A stretch of DNA of 63,325 bases from an uncultured Eubacteriales bacterium (GTDB taxonomy: Bacteria > Bacillota_I > Bacilli_A > RFN20 > CAG-288). The notes beneath the pieces are model-generated. The model was not told where the DNA came from. It made no database searches and saw only the letters and a list, made by a program, of their open reading frames with translations. The stretch lies in assembly GCA_900316035.1 (NCBI GenBank), contig ONBI01000016.1:1-63325 (forward strand), written 5' to 3'. This document shows positions 44,263 to 53,311 of this stretch, piece by piece; positions within the stretch are counted from its first letter, which is position 1, and each line of letters opens with the position of its first letter. Made by a program: the position numbers and the translations under genes.

Positions 44263-45411
44263 TTACATCAGCGAACGATAGAGTGCGATGACTTCCGCTT
44301 TCGAGGTCTCTCTCGGGTTACCAGGGAAGCAAGCATCGTCGACGGCAGACTGAGCAAGGAAGTCAAGATCCTTTTCTTTGACGATTCCCTTTAAGTCTTT
44401 CGGGATACCGACGGTGATCGAAAGCTGCTGAACGGCATCGACGGCAGCTTTACGATATTCTTCCTGGCTCATCTTATCGACATCTTTGACACCCATGACT
44501 CTGGCGATTTCACGGTACTTCTCACCGGTAGCCGGAGCATTCCAAGCCATGACGGTCGGAAGAAGAATGGAGCAAGCGACACCATGAGGAGTGTCATAGA
44601 AAGCGGACAGCGGATGGGCCATCGCATGGACAAGACCTAAACCGACATTGGAGAAGCCCATACCGGCGACATACTGCCCTAAAGCCATCTCTTCTCTTCC
44701 TTTCTGTTCGCCTTTATAGGAAGAGACGATGTTGTGGGAGATGATGCGGATTGCTTCAAGATGGAACATATCCGATAATTCCCAGGCACCTTTGGTGATA
44801 TAGCCTTCGATCGCATGGGTCAAAGCATCCATACCGGTCGCGGCGACTAAGGATTTCGGCATGGTCATCATCATCTTCGGATCGATGACGGCGATGATCG
44901 GCATATCGTGAGGATCGACGCAGACGAACTTTCTATGCTTCTCGACATCGGTGATGACGTAGTTGATCGTGACTTCGGCAGCCGTACCGGCAGTCGTCGG
45001 AACCGCGATGATCGGAGTGCACGGATTCTTGGTCGGAGCAACACCTTCCAAAGAACGGACATCAGCAAATTCGGGGTTGGTGTTGATGATACCGATGGCT
45101 TTCGAGGTATCCATACTAGAACCGCCACCGATAGCGATGATGTAATCGGCACCCATTCTCTTGAAGGCTTTGACACCATCCTGAACGTTCTGGATGGTCG
45201 GATTCGGTTTGATTTCGGAATAGACTTCATAGGCTAAACCGGCTTCGTCGAGTAAATCGGTGACAAGTTTCGTGACACCGAATTTGACAAGTCCCGGGTC
45301 CGAGGCGACCATCGCCTTTTTGAAACCGTGGGATTTGACTTCCGGTACGATATTCTCAATCGCACCAAAGCCGTGATAAGAGACCGGATTCAGACAGAAA
45401 CGATACGGCAT
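44263..45411 (-). CDS. iron-containing alcohol dehydrogenase (FucO/lactaldehyde reductase-like)
   Basis: GGGSSMDTSK, PTTAGTAAE and HAMAHPL motifs of group III ADHs. Confidence 0.9.
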   Translation of the reverse strand: MPYRFCLNPVSYHGFGAIENIVPEVKSHGFKKAMVASDPGLVKFGVTKLVTDLLDEAGLAYEVYSEIKPNPTIQNVQDGVKAFKRMGADYIIAIGGGSSMDTSKAIGIINTNPEFADVRSLEGVAPTKNPCTPIIAVPTTAGTAAEVTINYVITDVEKHRKFVCVDPHDMPIIAVIDPKMMMTMPKSLVAATGMDALTHAIEGYITKGAWELSDMFHLEAIRIISHNIVSSYKGEQKGREEMALGQYVAGMGFSNVGLGLVHAMAHPLSAFYDTPHGVACSILLPTVMAWNAPATGEKYREIARVMGVKDVDKMSQEEYRKAAVDAVQQLSITVGIPKDLKGIVKEKDLDFLAQSAVDDACFPGNPRETSKAEVIALYRSLM

Positions 45412-45568
45412 GCTGTTACCTCCTGTTGAGTTCTTTAATCAGTATAGTTTAATAGACGCCCATATGTAACCCCTTTCGCGAGATTGCAAAACGCACATGC
45501 TTTTCTGTTCCTTTGAGCAGGTTTGCTCAGGAAAAGTCCGATTGCAAAGAGAAGGAGAGAAAGCCATA

Positions 45569-46213
45569 ATGAAGGCAATGGCAAAATACGCGATTTTCAA
45601 GCATCTCCATACGGTCAACCGACATCGTTTCCTCGTCTTTCTCTATTGCACTAGGTGCGGACTTTTTTGGCGAGGACTTGTCCATGATCTATCGAAGTAT
45701 TCGCCTTCGGAATTCTTTATCAGTGCGAGGAACTATACCGGTACCAAATCCCCTATCGCCAACGAAAGAAAAGAAGAACACGGCTATTCGAAAGTCTTCA
45801 TCCATCATACGAGGAAGAACAAACATCATTTTGAATATTGGGTGGATGTGACAACCGGGGATATTCTTCTTGCGCCGATGCCTTTTGTGTATGCTTTGGA
45901 ATCCTGTTGTGACATGATTGCGGCTTCGAAAGTCTATAACGGAAAGAAGTTCAACCGCTCTTTACCGCTTGCTTTCTTCACTCTTTCTTCTCCCCGTTCT
46001 CTGATGCATCCGGCGACAAAGGAGTTCATCAGGACGGTATTGACTCGCTATGAGAATTCCGGCTTTCAAGGAATCCATAGAAGAGAGATGAAGAAGCTTT
46101 ATTTTTCTATCCTTGCAAAGTATCCACCTACTATCTTTATTCCGGTCTATTCAAGAGACCATCCAAACGAAAAGAATCCTTTCTTCCCACAGGGAAATCC
46201 ACAGGAAAAGTAG
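45569..46213 (+). CDS. DUF5662-like protein (HD-like, often mis-annotated as catalase)
   Basis: HLHTVNRHRF...VHDLSKYSPSEF...HHTRKNKHHFEYW pattern, recalled from memory. ATG at 45569 follows GAAGGAGAG. Confidence 0.5.
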   Translation: MKAMAKYAIFKHLHTVNRHRFLVFLYCTRCGLFWRGLVHDLSKYSPSEFFISARNYTGTKSPIANERKEEHGYSKVFIHHTRKNKHHFEYWVDVTTGDILLAPMPFVYALESCCDMIAASKVYNGKKFNRSLPLAFFTLSSPRSLMHPATKEFIRTVLTRYENSGFQGIHRREMKKLYFSILAKYPPTIFIPVYSRDHPNEKNPFFPQGNPQEK

Positions 46214-46277
46214 ATTGCTTAAAATAAACTTTTTCTATTTTAAGAAAGATTGTTTTCAATAGGAAACAACAGATTTT

Positions 46278-47297
46278 CTAATTCTGCGTTTCTTTTAACG
46301 TATAAAGATCCGCGATCGTCTGGAAGAGGAAGAGCTCATCCTCGATGAAGACGCGGTCTCTTCTTGAATCAATGCGGTAGAAGCCTTCTCCTTCTTTTCC
46401 TTTGACACGGAAAAGAAGAGAAGTATGGACGCCGTTCTTAGTCATATCCGAAGAATAAGGCTTATGTTCTTTTTCTCCGACAGACTGATAGAAGACACCA
46501 TAAGGTTCTTCCTTAGAGAAGGAGAAATCTTCTTTGGGATAAGGACTATAAGGAGCCGAAACCATCTTCGGATCCTGATAAAGCAGATGAGAGGCTTTAT
46601 CGGTCTGAAGAGAGATGCGGGCAATCGCAAAGTCCTTTCCGATTCTTTCGGAGGCAGAAGTTAAATCCTCTACGATATCTTTTCCGCTGAAATCCTGATA
46701 GATTCCGTTAAGCAGAGTGAGGAGAAAATCCTTTCCTTTCTCCTGATGGACGGCAATATCGTTATGGATATCTTTCCGATAGATGATAAAGCAGTTCTTT
46801 CCTTTCTCTTTTCCGCGGTAGAGGACCCGATCGACTAAAGAGAGAAGATCTCCTTGGTTATCGGCATCGAGAGGATATCTGGCTATACCGGAAGTCAGGG
46901 TTGCTCTTCCACCGGGGAAGACATCGCTAAGATAGTCGTAGTGTTTCTTACGCACAGCTTCGGAATAGTTTCTTGCGATTTCCCAGACTTTCTGATACGC
47001 GATGGCATCCGGAACAATAAGAGAAAACTCATCTCCTCCGAACCGGAAAAGCATTCCCTCTTCGGGAATATTCTCTCGGACGGTCGTAGCGATATCGGTC
47101 AAGGCTCTATCACCGATCAGATGCCCTTTGGTATCGTTCACTTCCTTGAAGTTATCAAAGTCGAGGAAGTAAACGGAAAAAGGATGCTTCTCTTGGATGA
47201 GTTTGGCAATTACCTGTAGAAAAATTTCCTTACGAAAAGCTTTCGTCATCGTATCATAGAGCTGATCAACAGGGTACTTCTCTAATAACGGATTCAT
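46278..47297 (-). CDS. diguanylate cyclase (N-terminal GGDEF) with C-terminal GAF-like domain
   Basis: FLDFDNFKEVNDTKGHLIGDRAL...FRFGGDEFSLIV. The C-terminal about 165 aa end with ...DRVFIEDELFLFQTIADL, which looks GAF-like. Confidence 0.8.
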   Translation of the reverse strand: MNPLLEKYPVDQLYDTMTKAFRKEIFLQVIAKLIQEKHPFSVYFLDFDNFKEVNDTKGHLIGDRALTDIATTVRENIPEEGMLFRFGGDEFSLIVPDAIAYQKVWEIARNYSEAVRKKHYDYLSDVFPGGRATLTSGIARYPLDADNQGDLLSLVDRVLYRGKEKGKNCFIIYRKDIHNDIAVHQEKGKDFLLTLLNGIYQDFSGKDIVEDLTSASERIGKDFAIARISLQTDKASHLLYQDPKMVSAPYSPYPKEDFSFSKEEPYGVFYQSVGEKEHKPYSSDMTKNGVHTSLLFRVKGKEGEGFYRIDSRRDRVFIEDELFLFQTIADLYTLKETQN

Positions 47298-47474
47298 TTG
47301 TAACCTCTTACGGTTATTAGTTTACTTCTTTTCCCTCTGGATAAGAGCGAATTTGATTTCTTCAAAGAAATCCTCCCGACGAAAAGGAAAGACTGTGAAA
47401 TAGCCTAGGTCTTTTTTCAAATCGGCTCCTTTTTCTTTTCTGTGCTATCCTATCTTCAAGTGAGGGAAAAGAAT

Positions 47475-48614
47475 ATGTCGAATGTATCAGATATCTCAAG
47501 AGACCAATATATGCTGAAAGGTGCTTTAGCCAAGAGAGGATACGATTGGTGGTGGCACTCTTTCAGTGGAAGAAGTGAAACAACAGGAAAAGAGAGAACC
47601 TTTTTCCTCGAGTTCTATGTAACCAATCCGGAACTTGGAAAAGAGGAGCCCGTCTTTGCCGATCCGAAGAACGGAGTCTATCCTTCTTATCTGATGATCA
47701 AAGCCGGATCCTGGGGAGAAGGAAAAGCGCAGCTTCACCGTTTCTTCGGCATCAAGAAAGTGAAGATAGAAGAAGGAGTACCTTTTGCCCTTCTTGCTTC
47801 CGATTGTTATCTCGATGAGAAAAGAAGCTACGGAAAAATCGATGTGACGGATGCTTCTTCCCATCCGGAATGGCTCTGTGATAACGGAAGCATGAGCTGG
47901 GATTTACAAATCGAAAAGAAAGTCGCTTTCAATGTCGGTTACGGAGCTTCTGCTTTCTTCCGTTCCCTCAACGCTTTTGAAATGTATTGGCATGCGGAAG
48001 GAATGAAGACCCTTTATTCCGGTACCGTGATCTATAACGGAGAAAAATATATCATCTCTCCGGAGACTTCCTATGGTTATGCGGATAAGAACTGGGGAAG
48101 TGACTACACTTCGCCTTGGCTCTGGCTCTCTTCCGATAACTTGACCAGCAAGAAGACCGGGAAAAAACTGGAGAACTCCGTCTTCGATATCGGCGGAGGT
48201 AGACCGAAGGCTTTCGGTATCTCCTTAGATCGGAAGCTCCTCGGTGACTTCTATTACGAAGGAAAAGAATACGAATTCAATTTCTCGAAGTTCACCAGCG
48301 GAACCCATACGGAGTTCGCTATCAAGGAAGATGAGAAAGCCCTCTTTTGGCATGTGGTGCAGTATAACCACGAAGCCAAGATGGAAAGTGATATCTCCTG
48401 TCTCAAGAAGGATATGCTCTTTGTCAATTATGTAGCTCCGGATGGTGTACAGAGACATAAGAGACTGTTCAACGGCGGGACCGGAGAAGGGGAAGTGAAA
48501 CTTTATAAGAAGAGACACGGCACCTGGGTCCTCATCGATGATATCGAAGCTAGGAACGTCGGTTGCGAGTACGGCGAATACGGAAAAGAAGAAAAGACAG
48601 AAGCTACGAAATAA
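47475..48614 (+). CDS. conserved hypothetical protein, tocopherol cyclase-like
   Basis: GYDWWWHSF near the N-terminus and GYADKNWGSDYTSPWLWLSSDN, which resembles the (E/D)KNWG...W.W motif of the tocopherol cyclase family. Tentative, from memory. Confidence 0.45.
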   Translation: MSNVSDISRDQYMLKGALAKRGYDWWWHSFSGRSETTGKERTFFLEFYVTNPELGKEEPVFADPKNGVYPSYLMIKAGSWGEGKAQLHRFFGIKKVKIEEGVPFALLASDCYLDEKRSYGKIDVTDASSHPEWLCDNGSMSWDLQIEKKVAFNVGYGASAFFRSLNAFEMYWHAEGMKTLYSGTVIYNGEKYIISPETSYGYADKNWGSDYTSPWLWLSSDNLTSKKTGKKLENSVFDIGGGRPKAFGISLDRKLLGDFYYEGKEYEFNFSKFTSGTHTEFAIKEDEKALFWHVVQYNHEAKMESDISCLKKDMLFVNYVAPDGVQRHKRLFNGGTGEGEVKLYKKRHGTWVLIDDIEARNVGCEYGEYGKEEKTEATK

Positions 48615-48840
48615 AGAAAATATCCTATTTTTTCCAGAGGAAAAAATATGCACACTCCATTAAAGCAATAAAAATTGTTTCTTCCTTTTGCCGTGGAAGC
48701 GCTTCCTTTTCTCTATTCCTTGTTTGACTTATTTTTATCTAGTACAATAGAACCAACAGTCGGAGAACAGGCGGTCGCAACCGCACATGTTGATAAGACC
48801 CTGAGTGCGCTCAGTAATCCTCAGGAGGTTTTTTAGTTTT

Positions 48841-50196
48841 ATGTCACAAGTACGCTTAGAGGATCACTTCACGGCAGGAGAGATTTTCCGTGCCGTCATC
48901 GGGCCGATCGGTATGGTCCTCTTTTCCTCGTTCTATACCATTGCCGATGGTATCTTCCTCTCTCAGAAAGGCGGGCAAGGTGCTTTCAGCGGAGCAAACC
49001 TCATCTTTCCTCTGCTGATGATTTTCGGTAGTTTCGGTTTCATGTTCGGAAGCGGTGGGAATGCACTGGTTTCGAAGACCCTTGGCGAAAAAGACCCGAA
49101 GAAAGCGAATCGTTACTTCTCCCTTGTTGTTTATTCCGCCTTTGTCTTCGGTATCCTGCTTGCGATAATTTCCTATTTCGTTGTGGAACCGGTGGCAAAC
49201 TTCTTTGCTTCGATTGAGAAAGATGCAGCTTCCTCTTCGGATGCGATGATCCAAAGCGCCATCACGTATGGTCATATTCTTTCTTTAGGTCTTCCTCTTT
49301 TCCTGCTTCAGAATATGTTCACATCTTTTTTCTCTACCGCGCAGAAGCCAGGGCTTGGTTTCTTTGTCACTTTCTTGGCTGGTATCACGAACATCATCTT
49401 TGATGCGATCTTCATCCTGGGTTGCAATAGGAGTGTCACCGGTGCCGCTATCGCCTCCGTCATGGGCCAAGCTTTAGGTGCTTTGATTCCGCTCTTCTAT
49501 TTCTTTTTCTCGAAGAAGTCCCTAATCCATTTAGGAACCACCAAATTTGAAGGAAAACCACTGCTCAAAGTCATGAGCAACGGAAGCTCCGAATTCGTCT
49601 CCAATACCGCTTCCGCTATCGTCGGCTTAACCTATAACATCCAGCTTCTCCGTTATATCGGGGAGGACGGTGTTGCCAGCTACGCGATTCTTCAATATAT
49701 CGGTTATCTCTTTATGGCTATCTATCTTGGCTATTCCTTAGGCTTATCTCCGGTGGTCGGCTATCACTATGGTGCAAAGAACCATAAGGAACTTCATAAT
49801 CTTCTTTGCCGTTCTCTTATCTTCTTAGCGATGGCAGGCCTTTTGATGTTCGGTCTATCGGAAGCTCTTGCAACGGTTCTTGCTTCCTTATTCTCTGGAA
49901 GCAACGAGTCGTTAAAAGCACTCTCGGAAAGAGCAATCCGCATCTATTGCACTATCTTCCTCACTTCCGGCTTCTCTATTTTCGCTTCCGGTTATTTCAC
50001 AGCTCTGAGCAACGGACTTGTTTCTGCTATCATCTCGTTTGTGAGAACCTTCGTCTTTGAACTCGTCTTTGTCTTCACGCTTCCTCTTCTTTGGGGAGCA
50101 GACGGTATCTGGGCAGCAGCTCCTTTTGCGGAGATCGGCTCCTCTGCTGTCACTCTCTTCTTCTTCCTCAGAGAGAGAAAGAAATACGGCTATTGA
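48841..50196 (+). CDS. MATE family efflux transporter
   Basis: 463-aa (450 from ATG 48841) polytopic protein with a MATE-like organisation, IGPIGMVLFSSFYTIADGIFLS. Confidence 0.85.
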   Translation: MSQVRLEDHFTAGEIFRAVIGPIGMVLFSSFYTIADGIFLSQKGGQGAFSGANLIFPLLMIFGSFGFMFGSGGNALVSKTLGEKDPKKANRYFSLVVYSAFVFGILLAIISYFVVEPVANFFASIEKDAASSSDAMIQSAITYGHILSLGLPLFLLQNMFTSFFSTAQKPGLGFFVTFLAGITNIIFDAIFILGCNRSVTGAAIASVMGQALGALIPLFYFFFSKKSLIHLGTTKFEGKPLLKVMSNGSSEFVSNTASAIVGLTYNIQLLRYIGEDGVASYAILQYIGYLFMAIYLGYSLGLSPVVGYHYGAKNHKELHNLLCRSLIFLAMAGLLMFGLSEALATVLASLFSGSNESLKALSERAIRIYCTIFLTSGFSIFASGYFTALSNGLVSAIISFVRTFVFELVFVFTLPLLWGADGIWAAAPFAEIGSSAVTLFFFLRERKKYGY

Positions 50197-50488
50197 TCTC
50201 TTATTCGGCTTCTTTCAGATTCTCGACATAATGTCCCCAGAAATAGTCGGTGGAGTAATTGGCTAAGCTTCCTTTCAGAACCAGGATCTCACAGTCTTCT
50301 ACAGAGAAATACATGGACCTCATGAAAAGGGATATGGCGTTGATACTGTGAAAAGTCATTTGATAATAATCCTATTTTAGGAATGAACTTCATTCTACCC
50401 TGTGTCGGATAAAGAAGGACTGAAGGAATATTCAGGCAGCAGATTGAAGAAATTCCTAGGCAAAACTATATACTAAAAATATGTAGAA

Positions 50489-50520
50489 CTTGCAACGAAT
50501 TTGCTATAAGATTTGCATAA
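50489..50520. repeat. element cttgcaacgaatttgctataagatttgcataa (degenerate copy)
   Basis: About 85 percent identical to 50611-50643 over about 30 nt, in the same orientation, 122 nt upstream of it. Confidence 0.75.
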
Positions 50521-50610
50521 AAATAAATGAATTTTGTTGCTCTGTTTTCAAATCCTTTTGATTTCTTTCTCCCCTTGCAAATTATGGCTTTCAATGAAAT
50601 AATATATAAA

Positions 50611-50643
50611 AGCAACAACGAATTCGTTGTAAGATTTACATAA
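50611..50643. repeat. element agcaacaacgaattcgttgtaagatttacataa containing the perfect 16-bp palindrome acaacgaattcgttgt
   Basis: Read directly from the sequence. It ends 4 nt before the ATG of the second AAA-DUF4143 gene. Confidence 0.8.
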
Positions 50644-50647
50644 TCAT

Positions 50648-51922
50648 ATGGTAAATAGAGATACTTATCTGAATCAGCTTATCCATAATATGTGGAACGG
50701 AGAAGTTAAAGTCATCACAGGAATCCGTCGCTGTGGAAAATCCGTTCTTCTTTTTGATCTGTTCCATGATTACCTCCTTTCTCAAGGGGTCAAGGAAGAT
50801 CATATTCTTACCATCAAGCTGGATCAGCGAAAGTATTTAGTCTATCGGGACCCTGTTGTTCTCTGCGATTATGTAGAAGGATTGATTTCAGCAAAAAAAG
50901 AAGAAAAGTTCTATCTTTTCATCGATGAGGTCCAGATGGCGAATACCAAAGCCGATACACGGAATCCGAACAGCAAAGTTACTATTTACGATATGCTTAA
51001 CGAGCTTAGAGATTATCCTAATCTCGATGTTTATGTCACGGGAAGCAACTCAAAAGGATTAGCCAAAGATATCGCAACGGAATTCCGTGGCCGCGCCACT
51101 CAGATTCCTGTTTACCCCCTTTCTTTCTCTGAGTTTTATTCGGCCTTCGGGGGCGAAGAAGAAAAGGCTTTAAATACGTATGTTCTCTTTGGTGGAATGC
51201 CTCGTTTACTTTCCATGAGCGATGAGAGGGAGAAGAAAAGCTATCTATCGGACCTTTTCCGGCTTGTCTATCTGAAAGACATTGAAGAAAGAAATCGTGT
51301 GGAACGGGAAGATGTTCTTGGTGAAATCCTGGATTATCTTGCTTCCCAGATTGGTACTTTGACTAATCCCAACAGTATCGCTAGATACCTCAATTCCATC
51401 GGGAAAGAAAAAATCAATGCCAATCTCATCACCCGTTACCTCCAGATCATCGAAGATTCTTTTCTATTAGCGGAAGCAAAGCGGTTCGATGTCAAAGGGA
51501 AGAGGTATTTTGATTATCCAAGCAAATATTACTTCACCGATCTTGGTTTACGTAACGCCCGTCTGAATTTCCGTCAGTTTGATTCCGGTCAACTGATGGA
51601 AAACTTGATTTACAATGAACTTGTCCGCCGCGGATATTCGGTCGATGTTGGCGTTGTCCTCGATAGGAGAGACTACAAGGACAAGCAGAAAGAAATCGAT
51701 TTTGTGATCAATGACGCAGATAGGAGAGTCTACATTCAGTCGGCTCTTGCAATGAATAGCAAAGAAAAAGAGGAGGCGGAACTATCCCCGTTTTTCCTCA
51801 CGGGAGACTTTTTTACTAAGATCATAATTCAGAAGGATATTCCGACCAGCTACTATGACGAGAAGGGAATTTTCCATATGAAGCTGATGGATTTCCTGCT
51901 CAACCGCATCAAGTTGTTCTAA
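50648..51922 (+). CDS. AAA+ ATPase with DUF4143-type C-terminal domain (paralog of 30533-31834)
   Basis: ITGIRRCGKS, LFIDEVQ and KQKEIDFVINDADRRVYIQSA. By eye roughly half of the residues are identical to the other copy. Confidence 0.85.
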   Translation: MVNRDTYLNQLIHNMWNGEVKVITGIRRCGKSVLLFDLFHDYLLSQGVKEDHILTIKLDQRKYLVYRDPVVLCDYVEGLISAKKEEKFYLFIDEVQMANTKADTRNPNSKVTIYDMLNELRDYPNLDVYVTGSNSKGLAKDIATEFRGRATQIPVYPLSFSEFYSAFGGEEEKALNTYVLFGGMPRLLSMSDEREKKSYLSDLFRLVYLKDIEERNRVEREDVLGEILDYLASQIGTLTNPNSIARYLNSIGKEKINANLITRYLQIIEDSFLLAEAKRFDVKGKRYFDYPSKYYFTDLGLRNARLNFRQFDSGQLMENLIYNELVRRGYSVDVGVVLDRRDYKDKQKEIDFVINDADRRVYIQSALAMNSKEKEEAELSPFFLTGDFFTKIIIQKDIPTSYYDEKGIFHMKLMDFLLNRIKLF

Positions 51923-52376
51923 AAACAGCTTTGAACCGATAGAAAAAACGGAGGTTAACCTCATTTGGCTACCTCCGTAATGATATAGGTAGGGCCTAAT
52001 CTGCAGTGGATATAGTACTTAATAAAATAATCAAGTGGGCTCATAACGGAAGTATTCTAGCATAGGGAGAACGCAAGCGCTTCCGGAAGGTATTCGGAAT
52101 TTGTCAATCTCTTAGAGAAAAGAACTTTCGGACTCGAAACGGGATGTCGGTATCGAAGAAGAAATTTCAAAAAAATATCACTGGAAACTCTGACTAGGGA
52201 ACCAGTTCCTGTTTCATAGTGTCCGGCCTTTGAAAGCGCCGAGAGAAAGGCACTTTTGGAAGGTAGCGTTTTCCTGTGGATGGAAACTTGCCTAAATTCT
52301 TGAAAAAAGCAGGAAAATTTGAGCTTTTCAATAGAAAAAGAAACTGCTAAGATACTTCCCTGAAAGCGATTACAGA

Positions 52377-53294
52377 ATGGCTTGGTATCTTATTCTTCTG
52401 ATTGTCATCGTGTCTCTTCTCCTGTTCCTGTTCCTATCATCCACAGGTGTCTGTTCCTACTTCGTTCATCTTCTTACCCATCCGATCCGGTATGAAAGAG
52501 ACTTCTGCCTCAAGACGGATCTGGATAAGAAGGTGATTGACGAAGAGGTTCTCACCTGGAAGAAAGAGGATTGCCCTATCTCCTTAAAAGATGGGTATAC
52601 CCTTCAAGGGGATTACTATCCCGGAACAGGAAAAGGAATGGTGATTTTCGCCCATGGCTATACCTGGACGAGAGAAGGAAGCCTCAAATATGCAAAGCTC
52701 TTCCATGCGCTTGGGTATTCCCTTTATCTCTACGATGAAAGGGGACACGGAGATAACAAAAGGACAAAAGTTACACTGGGTTATAAAGAAAGCGAAGACT
52801 TACATCAGGTTGTTCAATACTTCCGAAAGAAATATGGAAAGGATTGGAAAATCGGTTTACACGGAGAGAGCATGGGAGGAGCAACGGTGCTCCTTGAGAT
52901 GAAGCATCAAGAGGATGATTTATCCTTCGTCGTCGCCGATTCGCCGTTTGCTTCGATGAAGGAACTGATGCGGTATCAGATCACGAAGTATCATCTTCCT
53001 TCTTTCTTAGCCGACTCTTGCTCGCCACTGCTTAAACTTACCTGTGGATTCTCTTATAAAGATGTAGAGCCGATCGAAAGTGTAAGACAAAGCAAGGTTC
53101 CTCTCCTTCTGATCCAAGGAGATAAAGATACCTTCATCCCTCCGAATCACACGAAAGAGATCTACGAAGCCAGAAAAGAGAGAACCACTCTACATTGCTT
53201 CCCTAACGTCGACCATACGGATTCTTATCATTCTTATCCGAAAGAATATGAAGAGACGGAGAAGAGTTTCTTAGAAGAAAACGGATTGTTCTAA
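52377..53294 (+). CDS. membrane-anchored alpha/beta hydrolase
   Basis: N-terminal TM helix, GESMGGA nucleophile elbow, and a conserved D...H near the C-terminus (QGDKDTFIP, VDHTDS). Confidence 0.8.
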   Translation: MAWYLILLIVIVSLLLFLFLSSTGVCSYFVHLLTHPIRYERDFCLKTDLDKKVIDEEVLTWKKEDCPISLKDGYTLQGDYYPGTGKGMVIFAHGYTWTREGSLKYAKLFHALGYSLYLYDERGHGDNKRTKVTLGYKESEDLHQVVQYFRKKYGKDWKIGLHGESMGGATVLLEMKHQEDDLSFVVADSPFASMKELMRYQITKYHLPSFLADSCSPLLKLTCGFSYKDVEPIESVRQSKVPLLLIQGDKDTFIPPNHTKEIYEARKERTTLHCFPNVDHTDSYHSYPKEYEETEKSFLEENGLF

Positions 53295-53311
53295 AGGAGA
53301 AATACATCATT

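Noticed and set aside
50201-50359. 52-aa minus-strand ORF (MTFHSINAISLFMRSMYFSVEDCEILVLKGSLANYSTDYFWGHYVENLKEAE) just after the MATE gene, considered as a small toxin or remnant.
   Set aside because: There is no RBS and no family I can recognise, and it is below the ORF-track cutoff. Insufficient support to annotate it.
52040-52300. Fragments resembling c-di-GMP-I riboswitch segments (acgcaagc, ccggcct, ggaaggtagcg) in the 450-nt gap before the hydrolase gene.
   Set aside because: The pieces are in the wrong order and spacing. The GGCAAA/GAAA tetraloop-receptor parts are missing, and no coherent P1/P2 pairing could be drawn. An Rfam scan would settle it.
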